Assembly: GCA_026416845.1 (NCBI GenBank)
Contig: JAOAEL010000002.1
Coordinates: forward strand, 47,422-111,421
Direction: 5' to 3'
Source of the DNA: Patescibacteria group bacterium
Lineage (GTDB): Bacteria > Patescibacteriota > Microgenomatia > UBA8517
DNA: 64,000 bases
Positions 42,262 through 51,905 of the stretch are shown here, one piece after another. The stretch's first letter is position 1. Every line of letters begins with the position of its first letter. The position numbers and the translations under genes were made by a program. The notes under the pieces were generated by a model, which did no database searches, was not told where the DNA came from, and was given only the letters and a program-made list of their open reading frames with translations.

Positions 42262-45200
42262 ATGTCCAAAAAAACAAAAATCATAATATTTATTCACACT
42301 TTATTAATAACCCTAATCTTAGTTATTCTTTCAAATTTGATAATCAACAAGTTAACCAAAGCATCTCCTCCCGGCAATACACAATACAGACGCATGATTC
42401 ATATAGATAACACTAACAACAATAACGCTCTCACAGATTATCAAGTCATGGTAACTATAGACACAGCTTCTTTAATCTCGCAAAGCAAAATGAAATCAAA
42501 CTGCGATGATATTAGATTTCTGGATTCCAACAACAGTACCAATTTAAACTACTGGATAGAAACTGGCAATTCTAACTCCTGTAATTCAACAAACACAAGA
42601 ATTTGGGTAAAAATTCCAAACATAAATGCCAATTCAAGAAAAACAATCTACATGTATTATGGCGATAATTCTTTAGCGGCAGGATCATCTGGAGAAGATA
42701 CTTTCATATTCTTTGACGAGTTTAACAGTTTCAACGCAACAAAATGGTCATCAACAAATGGCACAAATGGCTACTCTATCTCAGGAGGAGCTATCACTAT
42801 AAATTCTGGAGCAGTTTATACAAATAGTACAGTTGGCAATCAACCAGGTCAGATGGTTGAAGCTCAAATGCGATGGCTAAACACTGGTTTGCAATCAGGT
42901 CTTATGATAGCTAACCAACAAAACACACAGTCAGGGAATAGTTCGGGTGCAGCTCTCTCTTATATCCTAAGGGGGGCTTCTCCAAATTTTGACATTTATT
43001 TATACGGATTAGCCGCAAGTGGAAATAGTGGCGGTTATGATATCGCAAATGTAGCAAATATACTCAATATCACCTTCAATCAAAATACTAAATACATTGT
43101 TGGCACTAGTCTGGATTCAAGCAACTTAAGGTTCTTTATAAACAGATCAAATCCTCAAACATCAACTTACAGCACATGGAGTTCAAGCCAAAACTATTAT
43201 CTTTGGCTTGGTTATTTCATGGGAGGAAATTCAGGAACAACTGACATCTCTGACATAGAAGTTGATTGGGTTTTGGTAAGAAAATATACCTCTTCCGCGC
43301 CAAGTGTGAGTGTCGGAGCGGAAACAATATCAAACCCCAAATATTCGCTTCGTTTCTACGGAAATGGAGTCAATGCTCCAGATCTGGACAGAGTGAAAAT
43401 TGCTCTTGACAATCCCGAAAGACCTGTGGATGTGGCGCAAAATTTCACCTTGGAATTCTGGATGAAAGCAAGCAACATCAATAACCAGAGTCCTACTTGC
43501 TCAGGCGGCGCAAACACAAATTGGATAAATGGAAACATAATCTTTGACAAGGATATTTACGGAAATGGAGATTATGGAGACTGGGGAATATCTCTTTATG
43601 GTGGAGTAATTTCGTTTGGGGTTTCTGTTGGATCAAATGACAGAACCATTTGCGGCGCAACCAATGTGGCAAACAACCAATGGCATCATATTGCAGTAAC
43701 AAGAAATTCCTCCACAGGAGAAATGCGAATATTCGTTAATGGCAACCAAGACGCTACAGGAACTGGACCAACAGGAAATATAAGTTACAGAAACAACAGA
43801 ACCACGAGTTACCCAAACAGCGATCCTTACTTGGTAATTGGCGCAGAGAAACATGACGCTGGTTCAAATTATCCTTCCTATAATGGATATGTGGACGAAG
43901 TTCGCATCTCAAATATTGTAAGATACACATCAAACTTTACTCCACTTACTCAACCTTTTACACCTGATAGTAACACACTTGCTCTGTACCATTTTGATGA
44001 AGGTCAAGGCACAACAGCTCATGACACTTCTGGCACGCAAACTGGGCCAAGTGATGGGATTTTAAATGTTGGAGGCAATCCCACCGGTCCAATTTGGTCT
44101 ACCGATCAACCTTTTGCCAATACAACACCAACATCGACAAATACTCCAACACCAGCGCCAACTCCAACCCCAACTCCTAGTCCCACCCTAACCGCTACTC
44201 CTACTCCAACTGCTACTCTTACACCAAGTCCTACTACTACTCCAACTCCTTACCCTAACAATTACTATCATGTCCTTCTATCAGGGCAGAGTTTAGCAAC
44301 AGGTTATGATGGTGCTCCACCTCTTAGTACTAGTCAACCCTACAACAACGTAAAATTAAACCAATCCCAAAACGCCTTTGTGCCACTTATAGAAAACGAA
44401 GATGTAAATGACAACTTGCCAAATACGCCAGTAGAAACACCGGCAAGTGCGCTCGGTAACACAATTACCGCCTTAACTGGAGGAACAAGAAGAATGGTTG
44501 TAACAAGAAACGCAATACCGGGAGCTACTTACGCGCAATTAAAGAAAAATGGCACTACAAGCGCTTATGCTGATGGACTTACTCAAATCACAAACGCAAA
44601 ATCTATCGCAAATGGTTTAGGTTACGGATTAATTGTCCCAGCTGTTGCTTTGATACATGGACCAGCAAATTTTGCGGACGGACTTGCCTACCAATCCATG
44701 CTTAATGAATGGCAGTCTGATTACAACACCGACATAAAACAAATCACAGGACAAACCGGCAATATACCAATGTTTATAGACCAAAGTAGCAATTTCACAG
44801 CTTACAATTACTCAAGCTCAGATCTAGTCCAAGCCCAATATCTAGCCGCAAAACAAAACCCAAACATATATATGATTGGACCTAGATACCATTTTACCTA
44901 CGCAAGCGATAATATTCATATTCCAAATACTGGTTACAGATGGCTTGGAGAATATTATGGCAAAGCAATTAGCAGAGTTCTAAACGGACAAACAATCACA
45001 GCATTAACACCTGCAGAAGTAGTTAGAAGAAATAATGTAATCACAACGCGGTTTAATGTCCCCCATCCCCCACTTGTATTTGACACTATAAATGTTCTGC
45101 CACGAGCTAACTATGGATTTGAATACACAGACAATGGCACTCCACCTTCTATTAGTTCCATTCAATTACTTGGGAACGATTCAGTAAGAATCACACTCTC

Positions 45201-46812
45201 AAGCACACCCACTGGTTCAAATCAAAGACTACGATACGCTTTTACCGGCACAGCAGGAGCAAGGCCTGGAGCTGATTCCACAGGATCAGCAAGAGGAAAT
45301 CTAAGAGATAGCGACAACACTATATCGCTTTATGGTAATAATCTTTACAACTGGTCGGTGCACTTTGAAGAATCAATCACACTTGATGAAACAGCTCCAA
45401 ATTTTGTCACAAATCCGGTATTCTCCCCCAATACTTCCGGATTCACCGCCACATGGACAACAAACGAACCATCATCAAGCCAGATACTTTATGGTTTAAC
45501 AAATACCAATCAAAGCAATACTGAAACAAATATCTCTCCACGAGTAACAAATCATACTTCATCAGTATCATCTCTTCTCCCATGCGCCACATACACATTA
45601 AGAGCAAGGTCGGAAGATTTGGCAGGAAACTCGGCATTAGGACAAGAAACACAATCAACAACCACAGGCTGTTTGGGAAATTCTCTAGTAGAAAACTACA
45701 CCACAGCAATCGCTCCAACTAATTTCAATACTAATCTTGAACTAAAACAAAACAATTTGGGTATTCAAATATCAATCCCTGCTAACTACAATTTGACACA
45801 AGCTCAATTCCAAATCCATAAACTAAATAAGAACTCGGTTATAAACGCAACCGGATCACCAACGGAAAAAAGTCCACTTAACTACTTTTACGATCTAAAA
45901 GCATTAACAAGTGAAAGCACAGAAATAACAAATTTCAGCTCTAACATAAATGTTACAATAACATATCAAGACGGCGATCTTGGCAATATAGAAAGTGAAA
46001 GTTCTCTTTCTATTTACAGGTGGACAGGTAGCGCTTGGAGCAATTTACAAAATTGCAATGTTAATCAACAAACAAACACAGTCACTTGCAGTACCAACCA
46101 GTTTTCTGTGTTTGGACTTTTTGGCAAAACAAAAAACGAATCTTCACAACAATCAAACTCAAGTCAAACAGTATCATCATCAAACTCCGCCACAATTTGC
46201 ACAAGTGAAAGACCATCAGGCAACCCAGTTTGGCTTTTTGGCGCCTTGCAATCAGGCAGAAATTCACTGCTTTTGCACTTTGTTCCCAACAGCAAACCTT
46301 TCAATAAAATGGCCTTGGTGTACGGCACAGAACCAAACAAGTACACATTTGGAACCCATTTCAATGCAAATGAATCAACTTATACATTTAATGTAGGTAA
46401 TCTAAACCCACGATTAAATTACTATTTCAGATTGCTACCTATAAATAACTGCATGCCCGGAGAGTGGTCCAATGAATTGAGAGCAAGATTAACTCAAAAC
46501 TTTGCGACAACCAAACCAGATCAAGTTCCTGAATCTTCTTCCAAAAACGATTCTTTCCCACAATACTCACAAGATACTGACAAATCAAAGTCCAATCCTC
46601 CTTCTAATAGGTTCACAGACACAGAAGATGATGAAAGCATAACAACAGTTACACCAACCACAAAAACTCACAGTTTAAATGAAAATAATCAACTCTCCCA
46701 AGAAAAGAAAGACTTTCAAAACAGAAATTACATAATAGCAATAGGAGTAGTATTGTTAGCTTTCATTATAGGTCTGACCTGGGCAATTAAAACATTCTTA
46801 TCAAAAAAATAA
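42262..46812 (+). CDS. Large modular surface protein: DUF2341, LamG, Pro/Thr linker, SGNH/SASA-like esterase, FN3-like domains, C-terminal TM
   Basis: Signal/TM; DIRF..LNYWIE..IWVKIP..IYMYYG; [21 protein letters not shown]; PT repeats; SGQSL...IHG...DNIH; [14 protein letters not shown]; TM plus KK tail. Confidence 0.85.
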   Translation: MSKKTKIIIFIHTLLITLILVILSNLIINKLTKASPPGNTQYRRMIHIDNTNNNNALTDYQVMVTIDTASLISQSKMKSNCDDIRFLDSNNSTNLNYWIETGNSNSCNSTNTRIWVKIPNINANSRKTIYMYYGDNSLAAGSSGEDTFIFFDEFNSFNATKWSSTNGTNGYSISGGAITINSGAVYTNSTVGNQPGQMVEAQMRWLNTGLQSGLMIANQQNTQSGNSSGAALSYILRGASPNFDIYLYGLAASGNSGGYDIANVANILNITFNQNTKYIVGTSLDSSNLRFFINRSNPQTSTYSTWSSSQNYYLWLGYFMGGNSGTTDISDIEVDWVLVRKYTSSAPSVSVGAETISNPKYSLRFYGNGVNAPDLDRVKIALDNPERPVDVAQNFTLEFWMKASNINNQSPTCSGGANTNWINGNIIFDKDIYGNGDYGDWGISLYGGVISFGVSVGSNDRTICGATNVANNQWHHIAVTRNSSTGEMRIFVNGNQDATGTGPTGNISYRNNRTTSYPNSDPYLVIGAEKHDAGSNYPSYNGYVDEVRISNIVRYTSNFTPLTQPFTPDSNTLALYHFDEGQGTTAHDTSGTQTGPSDGILNVGGNPTGPIWSTDQPFANTTPTSTNTPTPAPTPTPTPSPTLTATPTPTATLTPSPTTTPTPYPNNYYHVLLSGQSLATGYDGAPPLSTSQPYNNVKLNQSQNAFVPLIENEDVNDNLPNTPVETPASALGNTITALTGGTRRMVVTRNAIPGATYAQLKKNGTTSAYADGLTQITNAKSIANGLGYGLIVPAVALIHGPANFADGLAYQSMLNEWQSDYNTDIKQITGQTGNIPMFIDQSSNFTAYNYSSSDLVQAQYLAAKQNPNIYMIGPRYHFTYASDNIHIPNTGYRWLGEYYGKAISRVLNGQTITALTPAEVVRRNNVITTRFNVPHPPLVFDTINVLPRANYGFEYTDNGTPPSISSIQLLGNDSVRITLSSTPTGSNQRLRYAFTGTAGARPGADSTGSARGNLRDSDNTISLYGNNLYNWSVHFEESITLDETAPNFVTNPVFSPNTSGFTATWTTNEPSSSQILYGLTNTNQSNTETNISPRVTNHTSSVSSLLPCATYTLRARSEDLAGNSALGQETQSTTTGCLGNSLVENYTTAIAPTNFNTNLELKQNNLGIQISIPANYNLTQAQFQIHKLNKNSVINATGSPTEKSPLNYFYDLKALTSESTEITNFSSNINVTITYQDGDLGNIESESSLSIYRWTGSAWSNLQNCNVNQQTNTVTCSTNQFSVFGLFGKTKNESSQQSNSSQTVSSSNSATICTSERPSGNPVWLFGALQSGRNSLLLHFVPNSKPFNKMALVYGTEPNKYTFGTHFNANESTYTFNVGNLNPRLNYYFRLLPINNCMPGEWSNELRARLTQNFATTKPDQVPESSSKNDSFPQYSQDTDKSKSNPPSNRFTDTEDDESITTVTPTTKTHSLNENNQLSQEKKDFQNRNYIIAIGVVLLAFIIGLTWAIKTFLSKK
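44122..44256 (+). repeat. Pro/Thr-rich low-complexity linker
   Basis: [45 protein letters not shown]. Confidence 0.85.
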
Positions 46813-46978
46813 ATATTGTACCAACAAAAAAATTTGTAAAGTTTGTGCAATTACCTAAAATTAGATTCTGATCATTACAATGTAAATGCTTACAATAAGA
46901 TTTCTAACAAGCTTATCAAAAAATTTATCTTCAAGTCTCAATAGAAATTATGTTTAATTTCTATTTAAACTTTAATTT

Positions 46979-48460
46979 CTATTTAAACTCAGACACAATT
47001 TCTTGATGCAATATTTGGGCAGAAATCAAGACCATAGGCATTCCTATGCCCGGATGAGTATATTGACCAACATAAAACAAGTTTGACAATTTTCTACTCC
47101 TAAAAGACGGCCTGAAGAAAGCAGACTGAAAAAGCGTGTGAGAAATTCCCAAAGAAGTGCCTTTGTATGCATTAAAAACATTCGCAAAATCGCTTTGAGC
47201 AAATATTCTCTTCACCAAAATATGTTTTTTTACATCTTCTCCTGTTGTTCTTTCCAGATCCTCAATTATTTTGTCAAAAAACTCTTTACGCTTTTCCGCT
47301 GTGTCTTTTATCCCAACCGCAATAGGAACAAGAATAAACATATTCTCTCCTTTTGACGGAGCAACAGTTGAATCAGTTTTGGAAGGAACACAAACATAAT
47401 AAGATGGCCTGTCAGGCCAAGATGGATTCTCAAATATTTGGTCAAAATGCGACATCCAATCATTTACCAAAAATAAATTGTGATGAGCAAGTCTACTAAG
47501 CTTTTTATTAAGACCCAAGTAAATAATGTAAGCAGAAGGAGCAATAGTACGCTTATTCCAATAACTTTTAGGATAAGATTGATACTCTCTTGGAAGCAAA
47601 ACAGTCTCTGTATAAGCATAATCAGCATTTGAGACAACTAAATCGCAAGGCACACTTGCATTTTTTGTTTTTACAGAAACAATTTTGTCATCCTTGAAAG
47701 TAAATCCTAAAGCCGGCGTGCTTTTGCAAATTTTCACCTTGTGCGTCTTGGCAAGCTCAACAAGCGCTTCAACTATTTTTCCTATTCCACCCATCGGATA
47801 CCAAACACCCAAGTTAAAATCAATATGCGCCATTATGGCATATAAAGCTGGTGTGTTTTTTGGAGTGCCACCCAAAAACACAATGTTGTAAAGAAGAATT
47901 TTTTTTGCAGTTTCATTTGAAAAATGTTGATCAACATAATTTTGAATACTGTCAAATATCTTCATTTTATAAGCCTCAAAGGCAAGTTTCGGGTTGAGAA
48001 ACTTAAGGTAAGATGAAATTCTGCCGTAATTGATATAAACAAAGCGCTTCATGGCAACATCGTACTGATACTTGCTTTTATCTAAATACTCAATTAATTT
48101 TTTGCCACCTTCCCTTTCCAACTTGTCAAAAAGTTTGACATTTTTCTTAAGCGATGCAGAAATATCAAAAACTTTCTTGTTTTCAAAAAAAATTCTATAA
48201 GAAGGATCTAGTCTTTTTAAAGTATAAAAATCGCTTGGTTTTTTGCCAAACTCGGCAAAAAACTTTTCAAAAACATCAGGCATCAAATACCACGATGGCC
48301 CCATATCAAACTTGAAACCATCTTTCTCCCAAACCATAGCGCGACCGCCAAAATTTAGATTCTTCTCAATTAAAGTAACATCAAAACCATCTCTGGCTAA
48401 AAGCGAAGCGCTTGCCAAGCCACCAATGCCTCCTCCTATAACTACCACTTTTTTGCTCAT
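46979..48460 (-). CDS. crtI: Phytoene desaturase family FAD oxidoreductase
   Basis: VIGGGIGGL, GGRA, FDMGPSW, YPMGG, AHHN, YVCVPSKTD, THPGIGMPMVLISA. Confidence 0.85.
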   Translation of the reverse strand: MSKKVVVIGGGIGGLASASLLARDGFDVTLIEKNLNFGGRAMVWEKDGFKFDMGPSWYLMPDVFEKFFAEFGKKPSDFYTLKRLDPSYRIFFENKKVFDISASLKKNVKLFDKLEREGGKKLIEYLDKSKYQYDVAMKRFVYINYGRISSYLKFLNPKLAFEAYKMKIFDSIQNYVDQHFSNETAKKILLYNIVFLGGTPKNTPALYAIMAHIDFNLGVWYPMGGIGKIVEALVELAKTHKVKICKSTPALGFTFKDDKIVSVKTKNASVPCDLVVSNADYAYTETVLLPREYQSYPKSYWNKRTIAPSAYIIYLGLNKKLSRLAHHNLFLVNDWMSHFDQIFENPSWPDRPSYYVCVPSKTDSTVAPSKGENMFILVPIAVGIKDTAEKRKEFFDKIIEDLERTTGEDVKKHILVKRIFAQSDFANVFNAYKGTSLGISHTLFQSAFFRPSFRSRKLSNLFYVGQYTHPGIGMPMVLISAQILHQEIVSEFK

Positions 48461-48515
48461 AAGCATTATTATATGCTTTTGTTCAGAATTAAGAAAATAT
48501 CTTTAGCATAAAAAC

Positions 48516-49643
48516 ATGGCAATTCCTTTTCTAGTATCCGCCTCATTGTATAATTATAAATACATCACCAAACCAATACTCTTTAGATTTGATGCAGAAA
48601 TCGTACATCAAATTGCGACTCGTACGGGCGAACTTTTTGGTAAAAGCTCTTTTGTAAAAGACGCAATATCGAAAATCTTCGCATTTGAATCAGACTACTT
48701 AAAGCAAAACATATGTGGAATAGATTTCAAAAATCCTTTAGGTTTAGCCGCCGGATTTGATTACGAAGCAAGATTAACCCAAATACTTGCAAGTTTTGGA
48801 TTTGGGTTTCAAAGTGTTGGGACAATTACAAATATGGCCTATGAAGGCAATCCTAAACCAAGATTGGGAAGACTGCCAGAATCAAATTCTTTGATGGTTT
48901 ATAAAGGGTTCAAAAACGATGGCGCTGATTATGTTGCGCGCAAACTCCAAGGCTTGCAATTTCCGATACCTCTTGGGATTAGCATTGGCAAAACAAACAG
49001 CAAACAAATATCAACTCAGAATGAAGCTGTAAAAGACATTACCCAAGCTTTTGAAAAATTTGAAAACGCAAAAATTGCCAACAAATATTATGAACTTAAT
49101 ATAAGTTGCCCTAATTTGTTTGGGAATGTAGATTTTTATTCGCCAAAGAAGTTGAGAAATTTGCTATCCGCCATTGAATCTCTAAAGATCAAAAAACCAA
49201 TATTTGTCAAAATGCCAATAGACAAATCAAATTACGAAACGCTTTTATTGCTTGAAGCGATATCTTCTAGCTCTATACAAGGAGTTATATTTGGAAATCT
49301 TTTGAGAGACAGAAATCACAAAGGGCTCATAAAAAACGAGGTTGAAAAATTCCCAAAGGGAAACTTTAGCGGCAAACCTTGCTTTCATAGATCAAATCAA
49401 CTCATACAACTCGCAAGAAAAAATTACAAAAAAAGATTTGTGATTGTCGGTTGTGGCGGAATCTTTTCTCCTGAAGACGCATTTATAAAAATAGCTTTGG
49501 GCGCAAATCTGACACAACTTATTACAGGAATGATTTATAAAGGACCGGGTTTGATATCTCAAATAAATATGGAGCTAGAAAAAATAATAAAAAATCACGG
49601 TTTAAAAAACATATCTGAAGCTGTTGGTATTTTTACTGATTAA
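48516..49643 (+). CDS. pyrD: Dihydroorotate dehydrogenase, class 2-like
   Basis: DAEIVH, NPLGLAAGFD, GNPKPRL, SIGKTN, NISCPN, SGKP, GCGGI, YKGP. Confidence 0.9.
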   Translation: MAIPFLVSASLYNYKYITKPILFRFDAEIVHQIATRTGELFGKSSFVKDAISKIFAFESDYLKQNICGIDFKNPLGLAAGFDYEARLTQILASFGFGFQSVGTITNMAYEGNPKPRLGRLPESNSLMVYKGFKNDGADYVARKLQGLQFPIPLGISIGKTNSKQISTQNEAVKDITQAFEKFENAKIANKYYELNISCPNLFGNVDFYSPKKLRNLLSAIESLKIKKPIFVKMPIDKSNYETLLLLEAISSSSIQGVIFGNLLRDRNHKGLIKNEVEKFPKGNFSGKPCFHRSNQLIQLARKNYKKRFVIVGCGGIFSPEDAFIKIALGANLTQLITGMIYKGPGLISQINMELEKIIKNHGLKNISEAVGIFTD

Positions 49644-49665
49644 TTTTCTTTGAATTTGAAAATTT

Positions 49666-50304
49666 TTATCCACCTCCCAAGTGATTTATATCATTGAAGT
49701 ACTTAAGTCTCCATTTGTTTGTCTCTTTTTCATATTCCAGAAGCGAGATTCCAGTATTGGTATATACAAACTGCGTCAAAAGTTTCATCAGCATCTTCTC
49801 ATCAAACTTATTATCCAAAATCGCAACCATAATAAAACAAAACAAAAATACTCCATGTGTAACAACCAAAATATTTTCGCTTCTGTAGTTTTTTAATATA
49901 TGCTTTTTAAATCGCATCGCTCTTTTGTAGACTTGAGCAACTGACTCGCCCTTGCCTTTAAATTTCCAATTAAAATCTGTGTAATTGGCATGAAGTTTTT
50001 CTACATATGATCTATTTATATCACTATCCAGACTTGCATAATACAAATTCGGATGAAGTTTTCTTTCGTGTATATAATTAACTACTTCTACTGGAAGTCT
50101 GATAACATCCGAAATTATTTTTGCAGTTTGCAAGGCTCTTTCCCAAGGACTTGACAATATCAACGATAATTCAAATTTTGCCAAAACTTCAGCAACTTTT
50201 CTTGATTGCAATACTCCTTCTTCGCTTAGTGGAGTTTTGGGACCTTGCCTATTGCCAGTAACACGTGCTTGGCTTTGTCCATGCCTAATCAAATATACTC
50301 TCAT
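49666..50304 (-). CDS. Histidine phosphatase family protein
   Basis: LIRHGQS, SSPWERALQTA, GES, VTHG, NTGIS, NDINHL. Confidence 0.9.
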   Translation of the reverse strand: MRVYLIRHGQSQARVTGNRQGPKTPLSEEGVLQSRKVAEVLAKFELSLILSSPWERALQTAKIISDVIRLPVEVVNYIHERKLHPNLYYASLDSDINRSYVEKLHANYTDFNWKFKGKGESVAQVYKRAMRFKKHILKNYRSENILVVTHGVFLFCFIMVAILDNKFDEKMLMKLLTQFVYTNTGISLLEYEKETNKWRLKYFNDINHLGGG

Positions 50305-50340
50305 TTAGATATTTTACATTTTCAGATCAAAGATAAATAA

Positions 50341-51894
50341 CTAATTTTTCAGACTTTGCAAGATCTCCTCTATCTCTGAAACACTTAAAGCTCTCCAAGG
50401 CGAACTGTCAGGATCAAATTTGGATGCTTCTGGACTATCCCCTTGTGTCCACCATTTAGCCTGATAAGCCTCGCCTTCATACATAACTCTATCCAATTTA
50501 TTATAAATTTTTTTACCATCCCACTCAGGATAGTAGTTTTCAGGCAGTTTAGGCAATGAAACTGGCTTTTCTCCTGGCAATACAGGACCTAACAATTCCC
50601 AAGGCGTTTGCCACGAATGCAAGACTGGATTATCAGGTAAATCGCCTTTTGTCCACCACTTTGCTTTATAAACATTTTTTCGCCAAACAACTTTTGAACC
50701 CTCCAGATAAACAGCCTTCTCGTTCCAGATAGGATAAGGGCTTTCATTAGGATTGTCTATTATATCTTCGACCGTCTCGCTTAAAGTGACTTGGGCTAAA
50801 TTGCTTTCAAGTTTGTTTGCAAAACCATCGCTTAATATTTTGGAAAATTCATGTTTTTCCTGCTTAATGCCGCTACATGAGTCAGAAACAATACGCAAAT
50901 TTACATAATTATCGCCACAAGCAGAATCTCTATTGGCAGACCAAATAGAAACTCTTGAAACACCTTTTTCCTTGGCAAAATGGTTTATTGATTTTGCGTC
51001 ATCAAGTGTGAATATCTCTTTTGGGATATCATTTTGACCAATCATTACTGTCAAACCAATTTTTTTCCATAAAGTATTACTCCCTAAAGTAATTCCAAAC
51101 TTGTTATAAATAACTCCTAATTGTCTATGAGCTTCGATAACAGATCTTTTTGCCGCAGAAAACATTGATTCATGCTCCGACTTCGAATTGCCAAAATTCA
51201 TAGTCATGATATTTACCCCAGTCACATCAACATTGTTTTTTAGCATTATCTCTAAAGCAAAAGCGCCTTCTTCTGTTAAACCAAAAGTAGCTACCGGCAA
51301 TGTAAGCCAAACAGCAAGCATTTTATTATCTTCTTGTCTTTGCAACTTGCTTACCACTCTTGCCCGTCTTTCCAAAGATTCTTGATCCAAAAGCGCGTTT
51401 CCTTCTAAATCAAAATCCAATGTATTAACTTGATATCTAGAAATCACTTTTTTGTAAGCTGATAAAAGTTTTTCTTCATCTTTGCAAACAAGAGCCAGTT
51501 CTTCATTAAGCAGTCCGCCAAATGACACAGATATCTCTCCGCCTAATTGCCTAAATCTTGCAATTCTTCTGTCCAAGTCCAACTCATTATTGGCATCATC
51601 TAAAGTGTAATAAGTTCCCCAAGTTGGCTCGCAAGGATCATTTTTGGAAGCAACAATAAAGGATAAGATAACATTTTTGTGATTACTTGCCGCATCCACT
51701 TTTTCAAAACCATACAAAGGCTTGGCGGTTACATCAACATATGCTCCATACCATGGCTTCAAATCATAATATTTGTTAATGCCTTCATTTGCCTTTATAT
51801 ACATATAAACCGCATAACAAGATAAAATTACTAATGCAAAAAGGATAAACAACCTTCGAATTGATAGCTTTTTTTTAGTATTATTATTGCTCAT
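50341..51894 (-). CDS. Membrane-anchored GH18 chitinase-like hydrolase with two CBM5/12 modules
   Basis: N-terminal TM; SFGG and LDFDLEG (DxDxE), NIMTMNFG, SIWSANRD; YKAKWWTKGD and YQAKWWTQGD; ATG at 51894 preferred. Confidence 0.88.
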   Translation of the reverse strand: MSNNNTKKKLSIRRLFILFALVILSCYAVYMYIKANEGINKYYDLKPWYGAYVDVTAKPLYGFEKVDAASNHKNVILSFIVASKNDPCEPTWGTYYTLDDANNELDLDRRIARFRQLGGEISVSFGGLLNEELALVCKDEEKLLSAYKKVISRYQVNTLDFDLEGNALLDQESLERRARVVSKLQRQEDNKMLAVWLTLPVATFGLTEEGAFALEIMLKNNVDVTGVNIMTMNFGNSKSEHESMFSAAKRSVIEAHRQLGVIYNKFGITLGSNTLWKKIGLTVMIGQNDIPKEIFTLDDAKSINHFAKEKGVSRVSIWSANRDSACGDNYVNLRIVSDSCSGIKQEKHEFSKILSDGFANKLESNLAQVTLSETVEDIIDNPNESPYPIWNEKAVYLEGSKVVWRKNVYKAKWWTKGDLPDNPVLHSWQTPWELLGPVLPGEKPVSLPKLPENYYPEWDGKKIYNKLDRVMYEGEAYQAKWWTQGDSPEASKFDPDSSPWRALSVSEIEEILQSLKN

Positions 51895-51905
51895 AATTTC
51901 TTTAA

